Assembly: GCF_044647545.1 (NCBI RefSeq)
Contig: NZ_CP172818.1
Direction: 5' to 3' (one strand)
Length of the DNA: 64,000 nt
From: Escherichia coli
Lineage (GTDB): Bacteria; Pseudomonadota; Gammaproteobacteria; Enterobacterales; Enterobacteriaceae
Shown here in pieces: positions 37,108 through 46,051 of the stretch; position 1 is the first letter of the stretch; each line of letters opens with the position of its first letter. The notes beneath the pieces are model-generated. The model searched no databases. It worked only from the letters and a program-made list of their open reading frames with translations, and was not told the origin of the DNA. The translations under genes were made by a program, and so were the position numbers.

Positions 37108-37917
37108 GTGATGGTTTTTCGAGGAATTTTCATGAGCCTTACCGAACTAACCGGTAACCCGCGGCACGACCAACTCCTCATGCTGATCGCCGAGCGTGGG
37201 TATATGAATATTGATGAGCTGGCAAATCTGCTGGATGTCTCCACGCAGACGGTCCGCCGGGATATTCGTAAATTAAGCGAGCAAGGACTGATTACGCGCC
37301 ATCACGGTGGCGCGGGTCGGGCCTCCAGCGTCGTTAATACGGCGTTTGAGCAGCGTGAGGTTTCGCAAACTGAAGAGAAAAAAGCGATTGCCGAAGCGGT
37401 GGCAGACTATATTCCTGATGGATCGACAATATTTATCACCATCGGTACGACTGTTGAACATGTTGCCCGGGCGTTACTTAACCACAATCATTTGCGGATA
37501 ATCACCAACAGCCTGCGTGTGGCGCATATTCTTTACCACAACCCGCGCTTTGAAGTGATGGTGCCTGGCGGAACGCTGCGTTCCCATAACAGTGGGATCA
37601 TTGGCCCTTCAGCGGCGTCCTTTGTGGCCGATTTTCGCGCCGATTATCTGGTAACAAGTGTAGGCGCAATTGAGAGCGATGGCGCGTTGATGGAGTTTGA
37701 TGTAAACGAAGCTAACGTGGTGAAAACGATGATGGCGCACGCGAGAAATATTCTGCTGGTCGCCGATCACACTAAGTATCATGCTTCGGCGGCGGTTGAA
37801 ATTGGTAACGTGGCACAGGTTACCGCGCTCTTTACCGACGAGCTGCCGCCCGCTGCGCTAAAATCACGCTTACAAGACAGCCAAATTGAAATCATCCTTC
37901 CCCAGGAAGACACGTAG
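37108..37917 (+). CDS. csqR: DeoR-family repressor of the sulfoquinovose operon, CsqR (YihW)
   Basis: 269 aa ORF, N-terminal HTH and DeoR C-terminal sugar-binding domain; true start probably internal. Confidence 0.88.
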   Translation: MMVFRGIFMSLTELTGNPRHDQLLMLIAERGYMNIDELANLLDVSTQTVRRDIRKLSEQGLITRHHGGAGRASSVVNTAFEQREVSQTEEKKAIAEAVADYIPDGSTIFITIGTTVEHVARALLNHNHLRIITNSLRVAHILYHNPRFEVMVPGGTLRSHNSGIIGPSAASFVADFRADYLVTSVGAIESDGALMEFDVNEANVVKTMMAHARNILLVADHTKYHASAAVEIGNVAQVTALFTDELPPAALKSRLQDSQIEIILPQEDT

Positions 37918-37994
37918 AATTTTGTGACCGTTGACCTGCCTTCATACCTGGCCACATAGCCAAACCCATCCTTTCCCGCTACAGTTAATTTCTT

Positions 37995-38615
37995 GTGGCG
38001 CGAAAGGAGGCAAAAATGCTCTATATCTTTGATTTAGGTAATGTGATTGTCGATATCGACTTTAACCGTGTGCTGGGGGCCTGGAGCGATTTAACGCGTG
38101 TTCCACTGGCTACGCTTAAGAAGAGTTTCCACATGGGCGAGGCGTTTCATCAGCATGAGCGTGGGGAAATTAGCGACGAAGCGTTCGCAGAGGCGCTGTG
38201 TCATGAGATGGCCCTGCCGCTAAGCTATGAGCAGTTCTCCCACGGTTGGCAGGCGGTATTTGTTGCGCTACGACCGGAAGTGATCGCCATCATGCATAAA
38301 CTGCGTGAGCAGGGGCATCGCGTGGTGGTGCTTTCCAATACTAACCGCCTGCATACTACCTTCTGGCCGGAGGAATACCCGGAAATCCGTGATGCTGCTG
38401 ACCATATCTATCTGTCGCAAGACTTGGGTATGCGCAAACCTGAAGCACGAATTTATCAGCATGTTTTGCAGGCAGAAGGTTTTTCACCAGACGATACGGT
38501 CTTTTTCGACGATAACGCCGATAATATAGAAGGAGCTAATCAGCTAGGCATTACTAGTATTCTGGTGAAAGATAAAACCACCATCCCGGACTATTTCGCG
38601 AAGGTGTTATGCTAA
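37995..38615 (+). CDS. yihX: HAD-family alpha-D-glucose-1-phosphate phosphatase YihX
   Basis: ORF contains HAD motif I ([14 protein letters not shown]) and motif IV (FFDDNADNI). Confidence 0.88.
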
Positions 38616-39481
38616 AAACCATTCAGGACAAAGCCAGGCATCGTACCCGTCCACTATGGGCCTGGCTAAAACTACTCTGGCAACGCATTGATGAGGACAA
38701 CATGACAACCCTGGCAGGTAACCTTGCCTATGTGTCGTTGCTCTCATTAGTGCCGCTGGTTGCCGTTGTTTTTGCGCTTTTCGCCGCTTTTCCCATGTTT
38801 TCCGACGTCAGCATTCAGTTGCGTCACTTTATTTTTGCCAACTTTCTGCCTGCTACTGGCGATGTTATTCAGCGGTATATCGAACAATTTGTTGCCAATT
38901 CCAACAAAATGACCGCCGTCGGGGCGTGCGGGCTGATCGTCACGGCGTTATTGTTGATGTACTCCATCGATAGCGCGTTGAATACCATCTGGCGCAGCAA
39001 ACGAGCGCGACCAAAAATTTACTCGTTTGCCGTGTACTGGATGATTTTAACGCTGGGGCCGCTGCTGGCAGGGGCCAGTCTGGCGATCAGTTCCTATCTG
39101 CTCTCCCTGCGCTGGGCGAGCGATCTCAATACTGTCATCGACAACGTGCTGCGTATTTTTCCGCTGCTGTTGTCGTGGATCTCCTTCTGGTTGCTGTACA
39201 GCATTGTTCCTACCATCCGCGTACCTAACCGCGACGCGATTGTCGGCGCGTTTGTCGCTGCACTCCTGTTCGAAGCAGGAAAGAAAGGTTTCGCGCTTTA
39301 TATCACCATGTTCCCGTCATATCAGCTCATTTACGGCGTGCTGGCGGTGATCCCCATTCTCTTTGTCTGGGTCTACTGGACATGGTGTATCGTCTTGCTT
39401 GGCGCGGAAATTACTGTCACTCTCGGGGAATACCGCAAATTAAAACAAGCTGCTGAACAAGAAGAAGACGACGAACCATGA
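38609..39481 (+). CDS. yihY: YihY/BrkB-family inner membrane protein
   Basis: 290 aa polytopic membrane ORF; synteny. Confidence 0.85.
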
Positions 39482-39915
39482 TTGCATTAATTCAACGCGT
39501 AACCCGTGCCAGCGTCACCGTGGAGGGAGAAGTGACGGGCGAAATTGGCGCGGGACTTTTGGTGTTATTGGGTGTCGAAAAGGATGACGACGAACAGAAA
39601 GCAAACCGTCTGTGCGAGCGTGTGCTCGGCTACCGCATCTTTAGCGATGCCGAAGGCAAGATGAATCTCAACGTGCAACAGGCGGGCGGCAGTGTACTGG
39701 TGGTTTCCCAGTTTACTCTCGCCGCAGATACCGAACGGGGGATGCGCCCAAGTTTCTCCAAAGGCGCATCACCGGATCGCGCAGAGGCGTTATATGACTA
39801 TTTCGTCGAACGCTGCCGTCAGCAAGAGATGAACACGCAAACAGGACGCTTCGCTGCGGATATGCAGGTATCGCTGGTCAATGATGGCCCCGTGACATTC
39901 TGGTTGCAGGTATGA
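39478..39915 (+). CDS. dtd: D-aminoacyl-tRNA deacylase
   Basis: 145 aa [40 protein letters not shown]..., conserved SQFTL motif. Confidence 0.93.
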
Positions 39916-40901
39916 GCCAGCTTCCAGGGTTGTCACGGGAAACAAGAGAGAGTATCGCTATGTATCACCTTCGGGTTCCACAAACAGAAGAAGAATTAGA
40001 GCGTTACTATCAGTTTCGCTGGGAAATGTTGCGTAAGCCCCTGCATCAACCGAAAGGTTCGGAACGCGACGCGTGGGATGCGATGGCGCATCACCAGATG
40101 GTCGTCGACGAGCAGGGTAATCTGGTGGCGGTAGGCCGACTGTATATTAATGCCGACAATGAAGCGTCCATTCGCTTTATGGCCGTTCATCCCGACGTGC
40201 AGGACAAAGGGTTAGGAACGCTGATGGCGATGACCCTCGAATCTGTGGCGCGTCAGGAAGGTGTTAAGCGCGTGACCTGTAGCGCCCGCGAAGACGCGGT
40301 GGAGTTTTTCGCCAAGCTGGGGTTTGTTAATCAGGGAGAAATCACCACGCCAACCACCACGCCGATTCGCCATTTTTTGATGATTAAACCCGTTGCCACT
40401 CTGGATGATATTTTGCATCGCGGCGACTGGTGCGCGCAGCTGCAACAGGCGTGGTATGAACACATCCCGCTGAGTGAAAAAATGGGCGTGCGCATTCAGC
40501 AATATACCGGGCAAAAATTTATCACCACCATGCCGGAAACAGGCAATCAGAATCCGCATCACACGCTGTTTGCCGGGAGTTTATTCTCGCTGGCAACGCT
40601 CACCGGTTGGGGGCTTATCTGGCTGATGCTGCGCGAACGCCACCTCGGCGGAACGATTATTCTGGCGGATGCGCATATCCGCTATAGCAAGCCGATTAGC
40701 GGCAAACCTCATGCGGTAGCCGACCTTGGTGCCTTAAGCGGCGATCTCGACCGTCTGGCGCGTGGACGAAAAGCACGGGTGCAGATGCAAGTAGAAATCT
40801 TTGGCGACGAGACGCCGGGTGCAGTGTTTGAAGGCACGTATATCGTTCTGCCCGCGAAGCCATTTGGCCCGTATGAAGAGGGCGGGAACGAAGAAGAGTA
40901 G
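39912..40901 (+). CDS. yiiD: GNAT acetyltransferase / thioesterase fusion protein YiiD (FabY)
   Basis: 329 aa ORF with GNAT region ([15 protein letters not shown]) followed by hotdog-like C-terminal domain. Confidence 0.85.
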
Positions 40902-40904
40902 CGT

Positions 40905-41729
40905 TGGCAGGTGCATTGCACTCCTTGCCCCTGTCATGCGGTGATACAACGCTTCACCTTCATCGCAAAGTGGGTCGTATTCAGCGGTAATGATATGTAC
41001 AGGTGGCAAGCCATTGAAATCATCGCGCCAAAGAGGGCTGGCTTCAGGATGCCTGCGTTCAATGCCTGGCAGGTACATCTCAAAGCCGCTCAGTAAAGTG
41101 TCGCGTGTGATGATGTAATCGTGACGATTGCGTATGTAGCTTTCGAAATGCGCAGTCGCATCAAGCATGGGATAAATTAAGATGACCGAGTTGTGCCGGT
41201 TGCCACTCGCCAGCACGCTTTAATCGCAAAGCAGTTACCAGCGCCAGATGTCCGCCCGCACTGTCACCGGCAAGAGTTATCCGTTGTTTATCAACGCCGA
41301 GTCGTTCGGCGTGTTGCCGACTGAATTCTGCACCTCGTTGCGCATCATCATGGGCGGCGGGGAAAGTATGTCCGGTGCCAGCCGATACTGGACGGCAATA
41401 ACCCGACATTGCCCGTAATAGGCTAACTGGCGCAGCTGGTTGTCGTGAGTTGCGAACCCGCCGCTAACAAAACAGCCACCGTAGTAATAAATTATCGTCG
41501 GGAGTAATGTCGGGGCATTCAGCGGTGACACTATTCGTAAGGTCATCGCTTCAAGTTCGATAGTCTGAATATCTACCCGCGTTTCTGTCTCACCCGCAAG
41601 GACAGCGCTGGCGATATAGCCCTCCCTGCGCTGCGCAATACTTTGTTGACGCGATGAGGGGCGACCCGCAGCGATAAACTCTTCGACTAACTCTGCAATT
41701 CCTTTTTCAGTGCCATAGTAGAACTCATT
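40905..41729 (-). pseudogene. Decayed alpha/beta-hydrolase (hormone-sensitive-lipase family esterase, Aes-like) gene remnant
   Basis: Minus-strand fragments in three or more frames: ..IIYYYGGCFVSGGFATHD.. (oxyanion-hole region), ..ITLAGDSAGGHLALVTALRLK.. (GDSAG nucleophile elbow), ..HIITAEYDPLCDEGEALYHRMTGA.. (acid-residue region); no single frame covers the gene and the 3' end runs into yiiD. Confidence 0.6.
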
Positions 41730-41945
41730 TTGCTGTATGAATGTACAGTTTTATACACCCGTTTTTACTGGATGGATACAGGGAAATTCACGGGCGTGAA
41801 AAATCTGGAAAGCGCCTCGCAAATGTAAAGACAAACCCGGCAGAGATGTGGTTTTGCTGGAGCACTATCAGTAAGCTAGTGGTTTCAAGGGTACGTCAAT
41901 GACGTACAGAAGGGGTTTATTTATCTAAGCCAATGGCGTATAATT

Positions 41946-42256
41946 ATGCTCTTCATCGAAACGGAAATTTTTACTGAAGATGTTCAAAAACTGCTGACCG
42001 ACGATGAATTCAGTCGTTTTCAGTTTTTCCTGGCCTTGAATCCTGACTATGGTGAGGTAATACCTGAAACTGGTGGGTTAAGAAAGGTTCGATGGGTGTC
42101 AGGAGGAAGGGGAAACGTGCTGGTGTCAGGGTTATTTACTTTCATCAGGTTAAACATTATGAGATCAGATTACTGCTTATTTATCGTAAGGGTATTAAAG
42201 ATAATATCTCTCCCCAGGAAAAAGCAATGCTCCGGTTGTTAAATACGAGGTGGTAA
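41946..42256 (+). pseudogene. RelE/ParE-superfamily (HigB-like) toxin with an internal frameshift
   Basis: Frame 1 gives MLFIETEIFTEDVQKLLTDDEFSRFQFFLALNPDYGEVIPETGGLRKVRWVSGGRG..; the +1 frame continues ..GKRAGVRVIYF..EIRLLLIYRKGIKDNISPQEKAMLRLLNTRW and stops at TAA directly abutting the antitoxin ATG. Confidence 0.6.
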
Positions 42257-42547
42257 ATGGATAAGGCACTTTTTGAGCGGTTGACTCACAGCATGGCCCA
42301 GATGAATGAAATTATTGAAGGAACGCGACAGCCTTCGCGGACTTTTGAAGTTGATGCTATGAAAATCAAAGAAATACGCCGCGCTTCAGGGTTGTCACAA
42401 TCTAAATTTGCCGATCTTATTTCTGTAAGCGTAGACACGTTGCGTAACTGGGAGCAGGGGCGACGTTCGCCGACCGGGCCTGCAAAGGCTTTGCTGCGAG
42501 CGATTGCCAATGATCCGCAACATGTGCTGCAAGCACTTAACCGTTAG
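42257..42547 (+). CDS. HTH (XRE-family) HigA-like antitoxin
   Basis: 96 aa ORF with HTH region IRRASGLSQSKFADLISVSVDTLRNWEQGRRSP; translationally coupled (TAAATG) to the upstream toxin frame. Confidence 0.7.
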   Translation: MDKALFERLTHSMAQMNEIIEGTRQPSRTFEVDAMKIKEIRRASGLSQSKFADLISVSVDTLRNWEQGRRSPTGPAKALLRAIANDPQHVLQALNR

Positions 42548-43150
42548 AGGCATGGTTATGCCATACAGAAAGCACCAGCATTCAGAACTCCTGTGAAAGC
42601 GGCGTAGTGCCACCTGCTCAGGAGTTTTGCTATGACCCGTAATCAGTGCTGACCGTTGCCACCCTATGATGCGATTAAAAAAACTCATCGTCGCGCCGAT
42701 GATTGACGTCAATGCTATCGGATGATACCGGGGGTGTTCCAGAAAGATCCAACTTTCCCGAACTGTTACCAACAAAATTATAACGATGAGCAAGTTAAGA
42801 CCGGTTGGTAGCAGTACTGACCGGTCTGTGATGGATGATTAATTTCACCTTAAATCCGGGTGCTGTTAGGATGCTGACATTTTTCGGCTACACCATTCAG
42901 ATTATGCAAATAAAGATCCAATCAAAAAATAAACATCCCTGTATATAATATATTTATAGCACCCATATCTCATCCTGGGCGATAACCCAACCATTTTTGA
43001 TTAACAAATGAAACAACTGCAACGTTCTTATTATTTCTGGAAAACGTCTCGCAAAAACAAAACAGCATGCAAAAATCCGCTTTTTTTAAATGATTTTTCG
43101 GCGTAATTTTCGCACATACATTAATGAGTAATATATGTAAGGTATTGGTA

Positions 43151-43369
43151 ATGGCGATGAATACGGTTTTTCTTCATTTATCAGAAGAGGCAATTAAACG
43201 GCTGAACAAGCTTAGGGGCTGGCGTAAGGTTTCACGATCTGCAATTTTACGCGAAGCGGTTGAGCAATATCTGGAGCGGCAGCAATTTCCGGTGCGTAAA
43301 GCAAAGGGTGGCAGGCAAAGGGGGGAGACAGTAGTTGTTGATGATCAGTGTAAGGAGCATAAGGAATGA
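43151..43369 (+). CDS. yiiE: Ribbon-helix-helix (CopG-like) small regulator YiiE
   Basis: 72 aa from MAMNTVFLHLSEEAIKRLNKLRGWRKVSRSAILREAVEQYLERQ inside ORF 43124..43369. Confidence 0.75.
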   Translation: MAMNTVFLHLSEEAIKRLNKLRGWRKVSRSAILREAVEQYLERQQFPVRKAKGGRQRGETVVVDDQCKEHKE

Positions 43370-43578
43370 CAAAAAATTTATTATTCTTGAATATAAAAAC
43401 CAGATGCCCTTATTCTGGTATTAATACAAGGCTGTTTTACTTGAACTTATAATAACTGCAACTGTTACATCATATCTGGAAAACGCCTCGCGAAATACGA
43501 GAGTTTGGAATAGCAGGTGTCGTCATACCCTATGAACTGTAATCCGGGCGACCAGCGCCACCCGGAAAACGTCAGAGA

Positions 43579-44508
43579 TTACTCCCCTTCACCCGGAAAC
43601 AGGAACGGGTTGATGGAACTACGGGCATAGCCTTCTTGCTCCATTCGCGCGTCCAGTACCAGAGAGGCGAGGTCATCTGCCACGGCTTCAACTTTCGGTT
43701 CTTTTTCCTGATAAAGAATCTTCAGGTAAGTGCCGCAGTCATCGCAGCTTTCGGCTTTAATCGCGGCCTGTTCGTCATCCAGCGACCAGTAATGCAGTTT
43801 GCCGCTTTGTTCACAGTTGCTGCATTTTACGCGTACTACGTGCCATTCAGTTTCACACAGGTTGCAGTGCAGGTAACGCAGCCCCTGAGTGGTGCCAATT
43901 TGCACCATGCTGGACACCGGCATAGAACCACAAACCGGGCAATATTGACGTTGTTCGCCATATTCCGCACGCGCTTTGCCGGGGATCAGATTGGCCATCT
44001 GCGCCCAGTAGAGCGACAGTGCAGCCCAGATAAACGGCGCTTTATCGCTGCTGACGGACGAGAAATCAGAGGCAAACAGTGCGCTGGCCATATCTTCCAG
44101 CTCCTGAGTCGATGCCTTCTCCAGATTCTCAATCACTGCCAGCGCCGGGCCGCTCATTTCAGGTTTCAGCTCAGCAATCAGCGCCATCAGCAGCTTTTGC
44201 CAGTGCTTATCACGCGGCAGAACGTGAATATCCAGCGGGGGCTTGCCTTGTGCGCTGGCTTCTTTAATGCGCGTGGTCAGATCCATCTCCAGCGGATGGT
44301 CGTACAGCACCACTTCCTGGGCGTGGGCGATAAGCGCAGCAAAGCGCAGGTAATCACCCAGCGGATTATTTTCTGCCAGCTCGCGCAGACGCTCGGCGCG
44401 GCGGTTGTATAAATTCTTGAGCCGAGGGAACAATAACGGCGGAATCATATCCGCCGTACGTTTCTCGCTCGAACCCAGCTCATCTTGCGGGATTATGCGA
44501 ATACTCAT
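43579..44508 (-). CDS. fdhE: Formate dehydrogenase accessory protein FdhE
   Basis: 309 aa ORF with CxxC pairs ([23 protein letters not shown]). Confidence 0.93.
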   Translation of the reverse strand: MSIRIIPQDELGSSEKRTADMIPPLLFPRLKNLYNRRAERLRELAENNPLGDYLRFAALIAHAQEVVLYDHPLEMDLTTRIKEASAQGKPPLDIHVLPRDKHWQKLLMALIAELKPEMSGPALAVIENLEKASTQELEDMASALFASDFSSVSSDKAPFIWAALSLYWAQMANLIPGKARAEYGEQRQYCPVCGSMPVSSMVQIGTTQGLRYLHCNLCETEWHVVRVKCSNCEQSGKLHYWSLDDEQAAIKAESCDDCGTYLKILYQEKEPKVEAVADDLASLVLDARMEQEGYARSSINPFLFPGEGE

Positions 44509-45140
44509 TCAGCTTTCTTTTCCGTTGTCTTGCGGACCTCACGGTACCAGCGCGGGTGATGTTTCTTCGCCCAGGCGCTGGTAACCCATCCTTCCACCAT
44601 GGCGGTAATCGTGCCTTTCACCCAAAGGGCGGCGTAGATATGCACCATGATAACCACAATTAACGCCACTGCGGCAAATGAATGCAGCATTAACGCGAAT
44701 CGGATCACCGGGATTGAGAAAGCAGGTGCAAAATAAGGACGCCAGATAATCACGCCGCTCACCAGCAGCAGAACCAGGAAAATAATCGCCGCCCAGAAAA
44801 CGCATTTCTGACCGAAGTTATAACGCCCGGTGTCACCTACTTCCTCGTTGACGACGATCTTACGAATATTCTTCGCCCAAAAGATATCATCCCGATTGAT
44901 TAGGTTGTGATGCCAGTAACGGAAAAACATGATGATGAACGAGGCAAACATAACCACGCCGACAAACGGGTGCAGAATGCGCGCCAGCTGCGGTGTGCCC
45001 ATGATTTGCATCAACCAGTTGAAGGACGGGAACAAAAAGCCCAGCCCGCTCACCGCCGCCAGGATGAAGCAGAAGGCGGTGATCCAGTGGTTGATACGTT
45101 CCGGCGCGGTGTAGCGCACGATGGTGTCACGTCGTTTCAT
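44505..45140 (-). CDS. fdoI: Formate dehydrogenase-O cytochrome b556 subunit
   Basis: 211 aa membrane ORF with conserved His ligands; overlaps fdoH stop. Confidence 0.92.
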
Positions 45141-46039
45141 TTGCGCTCCTCGTCTTTCTCTTCGTGCAGATTATTCTCTTCCTCATCCGCACGGTTCGGA
45201 CCGACACCCACGTAGTGGAAGATACTGGCCGCAAAGGTAGCCGCAAAGCCAACAGCCGCGAGCGGTTTCCAGATGCCTTTCCAGAATTTCACGGTTTCGC
45301 TGATTTCCGGGTTCTCCGGCAAGCCATGATACAGATTTGGCTTGTCAGCATGGTGCAGCACGTACATAACATGTGTACCACCGACGCCTGCCGGGTCGTA
45401 CAAACCCGCATTGTCGTAACCACGGGTTTTCAGCTCCGCCACGCGCTCGCTCGCCAGCGTTTTCATCGACTCTTTCGTACCGAAGTGAATCGCGCCCGTT
45501 GGGCAGGTCTTCACGCAGGCCGGTTCTTGCCCAACCACCACGCGGTCAACGCACAACGTACATTTGTAGACGCGGTTGTCTTCCGGGTTGAGGCGCGGAA
45601 TGTCGAACGGACAGCCCGCAATGCAATAACCGCAGCCGATGCACTGCTCGGACTGGAAGTCGACGATACCGTTGGCATACTGAATAATTGCCCCTTCCGC
45701 CGGGCACGCTTTCAGGCAGCCTGGATCGGAACAGTGCATACAGCCGTCTTTGCGGATCAGCCATTCCAGTTTGTCGTTCTGCTCCACTTCCGAGAATCGC
45801 ATCACCGTCCACGATTTGGCACTTAAATCATTGGGGTTGTCGTACACCCCAATGTTATTGCCGACGGTATCGCGAATGTCGTTCCACTCTGAACACGCCA
45901 CCTGACAGGCTTTACAGCCGATACAGGTGGTAACGTCGATGAGTTTCGCCACTTCTTCCTGGAAGTCCCGCGCCTGAGGCGCGGGGGTCAGACCGTTAGT
46001 CGCGGAACGACGAATGATATCTTGCGATTGATAAGCCAT
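45137..46039 (-). CDS. fdoH: Formate dehydrogenase-O iron-sulfur subunit
   Basis: 300 aa ORF with four ferredoxin-type Cys clusters (CIGCKAC.., CMHC.., CIGCGYC.., CTLC..). Confidence 0.94.
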
Positions 46040-46051
46040 ATGTCGTCTCCG

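Noticed and set aside
26320-37917. Treating the yihO-yihW cluster as a previously undescribed system
   Set aside because: Gene content and order match the characterised E. coli sulfoquinovose degradation (sulfo-EMP) operon; nothing in the sequence suggests an additional or divergent function.
42395-42793. 132 aa ORF on the minus strand overlapping the antitoxin gene and downstream region
   Set aside because: Antisense to the better-supported HTH antitoxin ORF and extends into non-coding AT-rich sequence; no motifs.
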